Of a stretch of DNA of 64,000 nucleotides, positions 1 through 13,255 are shown in pieces. This stretch comes from Phoronis australis (Eukaryota; Animalia; Phoronida): positions 796,905-860,904 of the forward strand of contig NMRA01000141.1 in assembly GCA_002633005.1 (NCBI GenBank). The letters run 5' to 3'. The first letter of the stretch is position 1, and the number at the start of each line of letters is the position of its first letter. A program made the translations under genes and the position numbers. Under the pieces are notes generated by a model, which was not told where the DNA came from, made no database searches, and worked only from the letters and a program-made list of their open reading frames with translations.

Positions 1-333
1 ATAACAGCTTGGAGGCAAGCAAGTGATTAAGATACTAGATGAAATGACTTAACACTATCCGTATTCAAATGGATTAATGCTCAACTTTCAACACACCCTC
101 TGCTTCTCAGTTAAAACACCCGTGGCATTAACCAGGACAGATACATTAATTGCATTCATAATTTTAGATAACAAATCCGTGCAAGGTTATGTTCATAAAA
201 GCCGGTCTTAGATAAGCAATCCCTTCCCTTCCTTGCACCAGATCTACGGTACATTTATTTAGTGACATCAACACCTGCAAGTAGAAAATATTCCTTATCG
301 TTTACATGAACATAATACGTGGATAAACATTAC

Positions 334-2641
334 ATTGTTCATATACTCTGTCAGCAAGTCCTGAAGAGCTTGTCTGACAGCGTTGCACTCCTGAACGATG
401 CGTTCCCGACGCTCATTACGCGTACACGACGAGTCGGCCATCAGAGCGGCGCCACTGATGATACTCTCCAGCCTCTCTTCCAGCGACGGGCGGGCGCGAC
501 CATCATTGTACTGGCTCGGGTCCATGATGATCTTGTCCTATAGCAAAATAAGTTTAATTGTAATGTTAGATTAAAGCAGGTTAAGAGTTCGAGTGCAATC
601 TACATACCGGTGATATACCAGTATTTCATGATAATCACAGTGATGATTTTGAACTAAGACGATGCATATATCAGCTTCTTCGAACCCTTTGGATAGCCAA
701 CATTTCAGTATAAATTGCGAGCTTTTCCCAGCCAAGTTAAAGATTCAATTGAGTCCAGATTTTTTCCAGTTGTATAAAAACTATGAATTTGTGGGTCACT
801 TTAAAACTCTACTTTCCCAAGAAACAAAACAAAACAATGTCTTACATCGAACTCATCCAGAGCAGCAGCCAGTTCACCAGCGCCCTCAAAGGGGTGTGGC
901 TCAGATGGCCCGCCCGCTTGGGCCACATCTCCTATAGTGTGCACAGCATCACACACTTCTTTGTAGATGAAGTCACGGTTGGCCTTGGCAGCAGCCAACT
1001 CAGGGTGACGCACGTAAGCCTGAAATGAAGGTAACGAGGAAATGAGGAAAACGGGTATTGCATATTGTTTAAAAAATGCATCAGTTTGAGATGTTTTCCA
1101 AAATTCTCATAACATGGCAGTCACATCATTGGCAAAAAATCACCCCAAAGCCGCTGAAATGTTTCATCTGGGCGTCTGCAAGATTTAACTACTCAGACCT
1201 TGAACCACATCCAAAGGTTTACCTTAAAAATCGGAAAATGTTATCGAGTCAACACCAAGACATTCGAAAACATGGGGTGTTACGATATTTTGTCAAGATG
1301 GGCAAAAATACTTTTGGATACATATCATGTCAAGCACGTGCAAACTGAACGTTCAGCATCAGGTCAGAAATCAAATTAAAGGGTCCAGTGGCAGATTTAG
1401 AGGGGGCCCAAGGGGGCCATGGCCCCCCTAAAACTCTCCCAGATTCCATTTGGCAATTGGGGATGCAAATGTCAGACGACAAAAATCCTGGTTANACAGC
1501 AGCCAACATTTCATTTCTGATCTCAGGATTCTCCTGCGCAATTTCCTCTCCCTTCTCAATGAAGTTGTGTGTAGCCTTCTGTACAGCCGCACTGAGCACG
1601 TGTGCTTTCTTAGAACGACCCTTCTTCTTGTTAGATGGGCCCTTCTGATTGACCAAAGTGGTCACCTGAAAATCAAAAGAAACTATGTTACACGACAGAC
1701 CATCAAACACAGCTCCTGGTCTACCGCCAGTCAATCTGGCTGTCTAAACACCTACAATAATATTAAGTAACATACAGGCTTACAGTGGAGGCTCATATTA
1801 TCCGGATAGTAGGCACAGCTAGTACAGTACAGGTACAAAAGCTTCTGTCCAGACAGTTATATGGCCCCAAAATCGAGGGCCCTGAAGTGAAACCTTGTAG
1901 ATTCTCAAAACATGGTCTGGCGATAGCTATGGCATTACGGTGAAGCATTAATTTGGAGCAACTTGCCCTTTAAGCTGGATTTAGCCCTGTTTAGCTGTCA
2001 AGTAATTCAAGTAGTTAAATAAAGAGAAACAGAGTTTAAAATGTTATGTCTAAGCATCCCTGAATTGGTGACGAATGAGTGAGTGCGTACATATTGCTCA
2101 TGAGCATGGGCAACAGGATATCTGTCATTAACCTCTGTGTGAACAAAACGCGGTATGTCAAGTGGGGTCAGTCATATGTATTCAATGAAATGGTCATTAT
2201 CGTGACATGTGTTTTCAACGGATTTCCCAGCATGCCACTTTCAAATTTCAGGGTTTGCCAACAGCAATAAAATCAGTGATATTCCGATGTTTTTGATCTG
2301 TTGTACTTTATTAGTACAACCATATTTGACATCCTTTATTAAGAGTAAAAGGCCAAACTTGATTTTAGTTTTGTAGTTAGCTAAAAAGGATGAAATAGAG
2401 CTTTGAGAAAAATTGGGATTTTCAAAAACTTTCATTTCTTCTAAACTGGTGAAATTTTAACGTATTCATTTGGGAAAGTGTCAAGCGCTAAACATATCTA
2501 TATAGAGAACTAGCCATCAATGTCTAAAACTCATCATACTTGTGTAACAAGTGGTTCCAATGTCTTCTCCACAGACTTTGTGCGAATCTCCAAATTTTTT
2601 GGGTCCCATCGGACACCAAGAGAGCCAATTGGCTGGCTCAT
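334..2641 (-). CDS. CTNNA: Alpha-catenin, 5' portion. Exons 2641-2540, 1665-1496 (cut by N at 1495), 1019-846, 537-334; continues beyond the window start
   Basis: Spliced translation MSQPIGSLGVRWDPKNLEIRTKSVEKTLEPLVTQ|VTTLVNQKGPSNKKKGRSKKAHVL...|AYVRHPELAAAKANRD...GELAAALDEFD|DKIIMDP...RPSLEERLESIISGAALMADSSCTR...RIVQECNAVRQALQDLL contains hallmark alpha-catenin motifs; GT-AG boundaries at phase 0. Confidence 0.96.
1386..1494 (+). mobile_element. Fragment of a short interspersed TIR element (CAGTGGCAGATTTAGAGGGG end), truncated at N
   Basis: Closely similar to 50343-50500 (cagaggcagatttagagggg...ctctcccagattccatttggca...aaaatcctgg). Confidence 0.65.
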
Positions 2642-2959
2642 GGTCTCAATCTGGTGAAACTCCCTGCAAAACAAGGCGGTAAAATGACTCAGAAATGTAA
2701 CCTATAAAATGAATTGAAAGTAAAATTGTATACAATCAGTGTGTCAAAAAAGAAATGTGGAGTGCTGCAATTTTTACAGGGCACACAGACTAACTACTTT
2801 TAAAAACAGTTAAAGTGAATTATTGTATACATCAACATACCACATTATCAAACATTGAATGTGCAGCTTGTATGTAACGAAAGGAGTAGGCCTAACTGGC
2901 ATATAAACAGCTAATGGCCTTTGAGATATCTGCCACGCATTTGTCATCGAGGGAGTGAC

Positions 2960-3800
2960 TCACCAAGAAGGAATTCAAATAACAAACACCACTACACCAG
3001 GACCAGTTTCAGAAAACCCTCTCCAGTCTCCGAACACTTCGTCGTTAGCAAAAAAAAATGATTAACCTGTTATAAAGAGTTCAAAAAGCCTCGTGTCGAT
3101 ATCACGACAAAGTGTATGACAAGACTGTTGACTGCAGTACATCACTGCACACCTGTGTCTGTGAGTGCGAGGCCCATCAGGCATCGATGCGATTGAACAT
3201 TGAATCAAACCGGTGAATCCAATCAGTCAGGGCACTATATGAAACTGGTACACTTTGAGCTGATTATGAATCTGCTTGTGTCGAGGTAATAATGGTTTAT
3301 ATCTTATGAACAAACATTCTCTGATCAATAAAACAAAACGTTTTTATACAAACCGTTAAAGAGCTCACTATGAAGCTGGATTAGGCTTCTCAACTGAGCC
3401 GGTCGATGAGTCAAACGCACTCCCCAAAACTGCTTAAGCTAACAATTTTTCAATAATGTTTCGAAAACAAAATGTTCAAAATCTTGGCGAATATCTTCAA
3501 CGTAAAAGTTAAAAAATTAAGTGTAATTTCTAGTGGTTGTTGATCATTATTTTTTAATCAGGAGTACATTTAGTGTAAATATTAGCGGGTAATGTACAAT
3601 AGATAGAACAGCTATACACAAGTTGGAATGTGGTCACGTGATTTTATTATGGAATCTCTAATGTTGAAGAACAATTTGTCTTATACCGGAACAGAGGTTG
3701 CAAACAGAAAACGCATTCCGTTACCGGTGTCCGATGTTCGTCACCATATCGAGTCGACTGTTTTCCGTTTTGTCTGTGAGTACATGATGTCTGCTTCGTC
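2960..3800. promoter_or_regulatory. Probable divergent promoter / 5'UTR exons of alpha-catenin and BRF2
   Basis: Lies between the two start codons. CpG-richer than the introns; candidate donor sites (minus strand near 2957-2962, plus gtgagt near 3776); E-box GGTCACGTGA at 3631-3640. TSS positions are inferred only. Confidence 0.4.
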
Positions 3801-4018
3801 CACAGGTGATATCATACCTCCATAAAAAGTACACGTGTTCTTGTCTGGCTGTGGAGTCGGCTGTCGGCATAGCCATAGCCTGGCATAGCCTCGCATAGCG
3901 GGCGGTGCCTAGCCTAGGCTGCCGCTATGCTGTGATATAGGATATGGGATGGCCACTACCCCCGACACTATCTCTAAAATAGTCTGATACTAGTACTGGG
4001 GCTGCTGTGCGTTAACTT

Positions 4019-4370
4019 GGAACCCTGCTTGATCTCAAGATCCCGTATGCGTGAACTTGGCATTGAATATTCATTTGGGTTATCAGGGGAATTTTTTGTT
4101 CAGTGTAAAGAATTTTTGTATGGCCTTCAGGGCCCTCATGATCACCCCTCTTTTAGTACCATAACTTGTGTCAAAGAATTGGAGGAATTTGTGACTGGTT
4201 AAATCTTATATTGTCTGCCTGAAATTTACGTTATTTTACATTAACTTGTAATTTGGTTAGTGCAGCGCAAACTTTTATCTACTTGAACGTGATTATTTGA
4301 GTGAACTTGTCAAGTTTCATGGTGAACTCCAAGTTAACGCATACGGGATCTTGAGATTAAGCAAGATTCC
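4019..4370. mobile_element. MITE-like element with ~42-bp terminal inverted repeats
   Basis: ggaaccctgcttgatctcaagatcccgtatgcgtgaacttgg at 4019 is the near-perfect reverse complement of ccaagttaacgcatacgggatcttgagattaagcaagattcc ending at 4370. Confidence 0.7.
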
Positions 4371-4539
4371 TGAGCACTGAACACCACTATTTGGGACGTT
4401 GGAATTGTCAGTGTTCTTATTGGTAACGGAAATAGAATACTCTGAGACTGACTTTGTGGAAGCAAAACTACAAAAGCCCTAATTAATTGTTTTTCGTTTA
4501 TTAACCATCGATGAACAGCGCGAAATGTAGATATTGACA

Positions 4540-4720
4540 ACCGTCTCTACCTTCTTAGCTGAGGAGTTTGTTTCGAATTGGAAGGAATTAAAGACACTGA
4601 CAGGCTCCTAAGGTGTCTCTCTATGCTTATAAAAACATGACTTTGACGTTTTAGTCAGTGTGAGACAAATTTTGCCGAAAAGCTTCCAGCTGGGGCCAGC
4701 TAGAGATGGTGGTCACTGTG
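4540..4720 (+). repeat. Dispersed repeat shared with 21411-21885
   Basis: Shared blocks ttggaaggaatt-aagaca...ctcctaagg...ctctatgc...tcagtg and gggccagctagaga...tggtcac. Confidence 0.6.
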
Positions 4721-4959
4721 TACACAAAATGCAACTTCACTTGGAGTTGCTGAACAACAACATCTAACCCTTGTGATATAATTCAAGCTCAACATTATAA
4801 GTAGTTGGGTATGTTGGTTGGACTTGTAGCCACTACCTAACTGAGTGGAATATAATTACGTTTTGCCTATTTCTAACAAATAATAATACTTTGAATTACG
4901 CCTGGGGTCTGAGCTTTTTCCAAGAATATTTAGGCAATTACATCGCCCTGTATGCCCTG

Positions 4960-5686
4960 TATGCTGCAGGCATACATGGGCAATAGTACATCCTCACAAA
5001 AAGTTACTCATTTCAAAATACAGCAAATAAAATCAAATGAACCATACATATAGGAACATGGAGTTATAATTAACACATACCATGACTCTGGATTCAATTT
5101 AGTCAGCAAAACTTGGAACAAATTGATGAAAATCTGTCGCGGTTTGATCGAGTTTCTCTTACCAGGTGCCATTTTGAGGAAGGTACGTGAAATCATGCAT
5201 GTTGACGAATAAAAAGTCCAAAGGACACAAATTTCAACTGATACCTTCTCATGCTATTTTGCAAGTGTCACGCACCTGTGTCACGCACCTGTGTCACGCA
5301 CCTTCGCTCAGTCTTGCGCTAGCCTTTGCCTAACTCACATGACTCAGATGACCTACTTAAGGTTATCGCGAGCGTGGTGAAAAAGTTAACCAAAAAGGCA
5401 ACCAAAAAGGTTTAGTTGGAATTCTTCGCCAAAGTCACCTTAATTCTCACAACCAAACTTCATCGAAGATATGTATAGAAGTAGAAAGGACCAATGAAGA
5501 AAGTAAGCGCTTTTTTAAGTGATAATTTTAAGTGTGGAATGTATTTTTGACGAGGTGAAAACTCAAAATCGGTGGCCGGATTTGGCCTACCGCCTCTTAA
5601 AATACATGTAACGAAATGCGTACAGAAAGCAAATGGAAGTATTGTAGCCCCTAAATGGCCAACTGAGTGGCTACGTGTTGGCTAAA
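4960..5686 (+). mobile_element. Arm fragment of the large foldback (long-TIR) family
   Basis: Colinear with 53710-54990 (aaaaagttactcatttcaaaatacag...gccaaagtcaccttaatt...gtattgtagcccctaa...ggctacgtgttg); contains the empty site of the MITE inserted at 54230. Confidence 0.75.
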
Positions 5687-5784
5687 GAATATTCTGCTGT
5701 CATTTGATACAGAACTTCTTTTTCCTTCTCAGCTAAATAGTAAAGTGAGTTGTAAATTGTCTGATTTCAGACTAAGTGACCAAC

Positions 5785-8700
5785 ATGTCAAGCGACAAAG
5801 ACATTTGCAAGGAGTGCGATGCCATTGGCTCCATCATAACAGACTGTCATGGCGGACACGAGCAGTTGGTGTGTCAAGACTGTGGTTGTGTATTCAATCA
5901 GACAATGTTCGCATCACAACCTCAAGATGACGGAGGTACACCTGGCCAGTTTATACTGCAACAGTCGAATCCTCTTTACAACCAGCTGTCTCAGACCTTT
6001 CTAAATCACCTGTTGTTACCATATTTAGCTGCAACCAAAGCAACATGGATGCAATATGTTGACTGGGGCCTTGCGGCATCAAACGTTATAATCACGCAAT
6101 TTTTATGAACCAAGTTCGTTGTATTGCGGTTTGACTGTATTGGTCTCAATGATAAAAAAGAAACTTTTTAGACGTGCAAAATTTCAAGAACTAGGTAACA
6201 TGTTGATCAATTTTCCATTTTTCACCTCATGTGTATGTCTCTTGAACTGTAAGTTGAACATTGAAGGATGGGTATCTGTGCCAGAAGCGAACCACTTTGC
6301 TCGTTTTAATGCTCCTCAGTCTCTAAGGCATGGTGAGAAGAATGCAGAAACCTTGGGACAGCAGAGCGGCTTAAAGAAAATCAGGTGCAGTGGTTGGTTA
6401 TTCTCGTCCCATTATCACGGTCATATGTTTCAAATCCTAAACTCTCGTTGACACTACTGTCTATGTACAAATTAAGGTATATTACAATCTGGACCATGTC
6501 CGTTATGGTCGGTCATGTAAAGTGTCCAAAAATGTCCAATGAAAATAAAGAGATGATAGGTGTGTGTGTGTTATCTTAGTCCAGCTGCAGTGACTCTGGC
6601 AAAGTTTCCCACACTGAGATATGTACCGGTGATTTGAAAATAATCGCATCATTTTGATCTTGATCTTGGTCTTGATTGCCTTTTTAAAGTATCAAAACTA
6701 AATTGAGCACCCTGGTTAGTATAACAATGATGTAAGAATCCAGTGACAGATCACCAAGAGGTGTGAATAATGGCCAAAAAATGCATGCAAATATCATTTG
6801 GACAAATGATTGGGGTTTCTTGCATGTGCCCTAATTTGACTGTACTACTGTACAGTAATGCGTGTATGTTTTTGGAGAGTATAGCTGCGGTGATTGGGAA
6901 ATTGAACCTTGACCAATCTTGCAACTATCAAAAATAAATTGAGCTACAGAGGAATCAAGAAAAAAGTCTTAAAAATCTATCAGAAAATTCATGTGTTATG
7001 CTTTGATGTAATTTATGCTAATTAGGGTCTTATAAGGACCTTACTATGAAGGCAAATAAGGGTTGGTGAGATCAGAATTGCTTTCCCTTTGTCAGGATCG
7101 AAAAGCACCTCATAATGGTCATATGTACAAACTATGGTGTTCTCTTCAAAAAGTTGCTCATGAAGACCCCTTAGCCCCATGACCGTTAGTGACAAGTGTT
7201 TGTTCTTAATGTTTGGATGTAAATGTTATAAATTGATTAACTCATTATTAGGGCAACACTTATAGTATGCACTAATGACATACCTTGGTGCTCACATAGC
7301 CTGCACCATGCAGTGTTATTCTCCAACACCACATCACGATGCTTACTGGACACGGTTGAGTGATTTGCAGTGGATCATTTATGACACAAAACTCGTTCTT
7401 AAAAACATTTGACAAATTTTCACCCACTTCATATTCACATCGTCGCTCCATGTTGCTTCTTTAACTAATTTGACGATGCAATCAAGGAGATAAGGAATTA
7501 GTATGCAAGTTCCACTTCAATATCTATCAAGTTCTTTGATGAATCTTTATGAAATTGGAAATGTGTGGTGATATTAAGAAGAGTACAGCTGCTGTAGATT
7601 TTTGGACAGTTCCAATAATGAGATACCCCCAAGTAGCACTTTTTTGTACGTGCCTCAATATCTACCAACTGAGATTCCTTTATGCTGATTTTCATGAACA
7701 AAAGAGAGCTTGTGTGGTATTGGTTTTTAAATAGATTAAACTACTGTAGTGCCCCCTTTTGGCAATTTGGGTTTTCTTTGCATGGGCCTCATTACATCTC
7801 AACTTTATGGTTCCCCATGAAATTTGGTTCATGGCTTTTTATTGAAGAAAACAGCTGGTGTTGATTTTGGACTTACATGACTACTGTGGCGTCCTCTAGA
7901 AGCAAATTGTCATTGAGTCTTCCTTCATCAATGGATCTTCATGAAATTTGGCCCACGTGTTCCTGATGTGGAGACCACAACTGAAAAATAAAGTCACCTT
8001 TTACATCTGTACCTTTAGTGCTGCACTTGATGGCTGCAAATCAACGCTCTTCGTTACTCTTTCAAATGTTTGTTTTTGTCATTATCAGGTGCATCTGCTC
8101 AACTCTCAGTCTGCCATCAGAATTGTGTGATGAGGCGAAAGAAATGTTTCGTCGAGTGAATGTCTTTTACAAAAGGACTTCTGTCCTTCTCCGTGAACAG
8201 TTGGCTGCTTGCTGTGTTTACCTCGTCTGCCGTCTTCACAGGAACACGTACGTTGCCGATACTACTTGTGCGATCAGCAACCAATAGCTTCACCTGTTAC
8301 AGTGTTGTCTATGTCCCTTTTTTGAGATTTTTTCTCATAATATTTTTAACAGCGTTCTTCTGTCATGCATTCAAGTGCCTGAAATATGACTGCATGTTCA
8401 ATGATGCATAATACATTTTTATTCTTTTGCTGTGTAAATGTTACTGTCACGCTTAGCAAATAGAAGTAGTGTGTTTACTACGGTCCTGTGCATTAACATA
8501 ACAATAAAGATTATGAAATGAAAACACTACCTGCAGATTGAGCCATATTTAGGCTTACTTCAAGAAAACCTTTCTTATAAACATTTTCCAAGATTATGAA
8601 ATTGGTGTTCAATGAGATTTCTTGCCAAGTCTCATTTAGCTAAAGACTATGCCACACCTTCCACGGATGAGTATATGCACATCACATAGTTTACAACATT

Positions 8701-9458
8701 CGTGTATCTGTCTAATAGTTTTAAATTGGACCATACTTGTTTACATCAGGTACCCATTCACTGCTCATCAGTTCCTAAAGATGGTCTCGTGGAGTGATCC
8801 TCATTTCACCAAGCACTTGATGGATATCAAGCGGCAACTCCACTTGGATGTTCCACTGCTCTCCTTGGACCAAATAGTCGCCAGCATCTGTGAGAGAGCG
8901 CAGATGTCAAATGAAGAGAACATAATGACATGTGAGTTGGCAGAGCTTGTTAAAACTATGTGGAAGTCTAATGGCCCACGTGATGAGGCAGTCGTCCTCT
9001 CTTGTGCCTTTCTCGTTTGGCAGTCATCCAAGTTTGCAGAGAGGTACAAATATAAGCTGCCTGATTTCATCAAGAAATTTTCCTTCACCCCGGTGACTCG
9101 GATGGGCTGTATTGTGAAAGCAATCAGCAACTGGCTGTGTGAGATTGCAGGGAAACTTCCATGGCTTGATACTAAAGTGGATCCAAAGAGAATCTCGTAT
9201 TACCTAAAATCCATACTGAGTCATCAACATTGTCTACTGGACAAGTCTATGCAAGGCGCTCGTGATTACTGCCGGGTTAAGAGTAAAGCTGACGATAGCC
9301 CATCTGTAACCAGCGCAGTGAGATATGATTTAGATGACCCAGATTTAACTAATGACTTGTCGGAGTCTGAGGTCAAAGAGTACTTAAGAACAGACGAAGA
9401 AGTTATAGCATGGACTAAAGCTCAGGAAAAGTTCGGGGGAGATGACGCAGATGACTGA
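5785..9458 (+). CDS. BRF2: Transcription factor IIIB subunit BRF2 (TFIIB-related). Exons 5785-5935, 6267-6384, 8089-8247, 8750-9458; about 378 aa
   Basis: N-terminal zinc ribbon CKEC...QLVCQDCG; cyclin-fold motifs GLKKIRCICSTLSLP and LAACCVYLVCR; LHLDVPLLSL; C-terminal DLSESEVKEYLRT matching the BRF2 TBP-anchor segment. Exon phases join into one frame (1137 nt). Confidence 0.88.
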
Positions 9459-12400
9459 TGTAGCGTCAGTTGTTGCGGAAATGGGAAGTGAAAGTTTTAC
9501 TCCCTGGGCTGCGCATGGTATTGTTTAGGAGTTATTGGTTATGGCACCAACTCAGTTGCATGTGTGATGTAAAACACAAAATTAGGGGACTAGGGGTGCG
9601 TTCAAGCCCAGTGTCTTACAAATTTGTTGATTTCACGCTTGAGTAACGCAAGATTTTGTGAGTAAGTACAATTTTACAAGCCAAATGGATTGAAACTCTG
9701 GCAACTGCTATTGTTGGATGGCTGAATAGAACTGAGTTTTGTATGTATAAGTTATGTAAACTGAGCAACTTATGTGTATGATCAATGTCTCTCAACCAAT
9801 TAGATTTTGTTGCTTGTCCTTCACGAGTGACCAGCCCGAGAATTTGGCAAGAAGTGCAAAGTACATCAATAATGGATACGCAATGTATTGTTATTTCCTT
9901 GATTATCAGTTGAGGAATGGCTGATGTTTTGAGAGTTAGATCAGTCATGCGATGAATTTTTTGTACCTCCATGAGAGAGGATGTTCAATCTAAGATGAGC
10001 CAATTGAGTCTCGTATGGTTTTGATTTTGTGACCTGCAGGAGTGACATCTCACCAGTTCTTCATAGTTACTAGCATTTTGCATTTATTTCCTGAAAAAAA
10101 ATCAATGATGCAAGTTAGCTTGGCTGGTCTCGTAAGAGCTTTTAATTATGTTGATTGGATGTATTAAACAAGTGCCTAATCCCATTATCTATGCATGTGA
10201 AGTTGCTGTTAGAAATCGTGTCAATTGAAAGCAGTCTGGAGGCAGAACAAACTAATGCAACCATTATCATCAGGCCGAGTGTTATTGAAGTTTTAACCAT
10301 GCAAAATTTGGCTTATTAATCGTTTTTCAACAATGGAATTGATATCACATCATGGTGCTCTGCTACATTTTTCTTCAGTCAAGGTGCACGTAAATTACAC
10401 ACTTGTTAGTGTAGATATTTGTGATTATTGTTGGTATTAATTTTAATTTGTGAAAGGTGAACAATCTCTTGTTGGGATTTTTGCTCAGATTTGATATTTT
10501 GGTGCTACATTAAATCTGTATTGTGTGATTGTGGATCACTAGCAGATCATGTGTTGCAGTTGAATTAATGTTTTGTGTTTCTGAAGTCAAGTTGAACTAA
10601 GTTTCACCATGTCTTTGTATGTTTATTAAACTGTTTATTACAACTTTTGTTTATGCTTCTTCAAAAACGATCTTGTAATGGTAATGTATTATTTATATTC
10701 AAACTAGCTATAGTCGAGAAGTGACTCAGTCAGGTATGGGTGTGGCAAGCATATCGCCACCTGCTTGGCATGAGTGCACTTAGACTTTTATCGTTTGTGA
10801 ACAAGTAAAGTGTAGTGCAGCACGCTCCGTCGCTCAGTGAATAGGAAAATATTAGAATGCGGATGAACCAGAACCATTTACGTCTCCTTCAGTGAAGAGA
10901 AAAGTGGACATTTTTCACCCCAAATAAGGCATGGTTCTGCTGAAATTGGCTCATTATTACTCAAAGACTCTAAGGCAAGGGAGTTGTGTACTTTTTGGAG
11001 CTAAAATTCATACGAGATGGGCATTCATAAAGAAAACAACGAGGGCTTAAAAACAAATTTTCCAGATGTCGGGGAGGGGGTTGCATGCTTTCCTGAATGG
11101 TCAACTGGGTTTACATCAGACTTCGCATGCAATAGTCTAATAAAACAAACAGCTGGTGGTAGACAATGTTGTAAGGGGCATACCATGTACAATAGAGGTG
11201 ATCTTAAACAGCAATTCAGGTGTATCCATGGCGCATCTTCTAACTTTCTTATGCAATCATTACGCATGCGTAGTAAGCTGGCTACGCATTACTGACACCA
11301 AGGCTTTCTACAAATACCATTAGAGTACTGCATAGATAAGAGAATATTGAGACCTGACAGTACTGATCATTGAGTGCTGGTGGCCAGCCATAATCAAGTA
11401 TCTGTGGGATATCACTGAGCATTTAAGCGACAACATGGTTGCAATGGCGTTCACTTGTAGGCACCTCAGCTACCCCCAATAAGACAAAAACTAGACTCCT
11501 AACATGAAGTGCCAGTTATTAAATTGATCAAAAGTTGACCAAACAATGAAATAAGTTTATTGATTGGAGAACAAGAGAACAGCTCGTTCGTCAGCACATA
11601 CTTGCTTTAGAAGAAGATGTCATCATTTCTTTCCAGAAAATGGTTGGAGAAACAACTTTCCACTGACTTCTAAATCTTTCATTTTCCCCCTGGCTTCAAT
11701 TTAAAATTTTGCAGGAACGTCAGTGTAAGCGATAACAAAATTTTCCATTTCTGAGAACAAATGAACAAGTCATGTATTCGTATAATGATACTAAGCCACA
11801 AATAAACAAGCACTGAGATGAACATGCAGCACAAACATTATAAGACAGTAATGTCCGAAAACACTCTTGTTTTTCAAACAAGATATGGTTTTCATTGTAT
11901 TAAATAAGAAGAGAAAATAATAAAAAATTTCACACAAACAGGTTTCACAGATACAGGTATGCGCACGTGTGGAAGGGGAATGCCCTTATTTGGGCAGTAC
12001 GTCATTGCATTGCAATTTATATTGACAATTATCAGTTTTACTCTTGTGCAAGTCATTCATAATGTCAAATTAATCATTGAAGTAAATGCCCACAAGACTT
12101 AAAAACTTTGTTTCTGAACGGCCATGCTCGACTTGCCACCCCCCTCCAGATTTTTGAGTTTCCCAATTTAAGCGCCCTGGGTATTAACCCACGAGTACGG
12201 CAAGCATGTTAAATTAATTTGAGTGAAAATTACAGAGCACAGTACATGTATCCCCTGATTTCAATAACGCACTACAGAAAAACAGTTCTTTTCAATCCAC
12301 TAGAGGGCCACTTTCATAGTAAACAAAATTGAAATCGTACATGTACACCAGTCCTTAAAATTACACTAGGTCCAGGCAGCCATAAAAACATGCCCATGGT

Positions 12401-13255
12401 ACACATAAGCCTTAGTAAACTGGAGAAGTGCGTGATGACCGAGGGTGAACTTGGGATTTTTTCACCAGGCACAAAGCTAAATGTTATGGAAGGAAGGGGC
12501 AGACAAGTTCAACGGGTCAATTTCATCAAACTCTGGCTTCTTGTCACTACTAATTTAACTTATGGGTAAACCACTACTTTCGTCTGCGAATCAATGATAA
12601 TTTTGTTTCCTCCCCAACCTGGTCGTCAGAAATTTTGCAGGCTTCCCAATGCAAATTATTGTTAATTATCATCTGCTCACATGGACACCTAGGGACACCT
12701 AGTGTCCATGGGCCAAAAGTACACTGGAATGCTGTTTTCAGGGTTATCATGGAAGTTGTCCTTTGAAAATTGTGACATCCTGAATCAGCCAGTTGCTTCA
12801 TCCCTTCATTTTCCATTTAAGTTTTGCCACCAGTTTCACCTTTTCTTTCTCCAGTAGCGACAAATGTTACAATTACCCCCAAGTTCTCCTTGGTTGCACA
12901 AAGGCTGCAGTCGTAAGGACGCGAGTATCAGTGATTGACGTTACATGTATTCTTACAAGTACATTTGCAAAACCTCTCAAATGGCAGAAACAAGTGACAA
13001 AGCAACATCAAAGATGGCTCAGCGGCCTGTTTCATGAACTGTCGAACAGTGATTTAAGATTTAAGTCCAGAACTTAGTATGCTCCACACAACTATTTCAA
13101 GCAATTCAATCTCACTAGAGCAAGATTATCAGAGAATATACACATAACTACTACATACTGAGACATTTTCTATAAATTATTTCTAGACGGATGCGCTCAT
13201 AATTACTAAACTATTATTCAGAAACTGTGACGTGGGAGCACAAGACCAAATTCTG

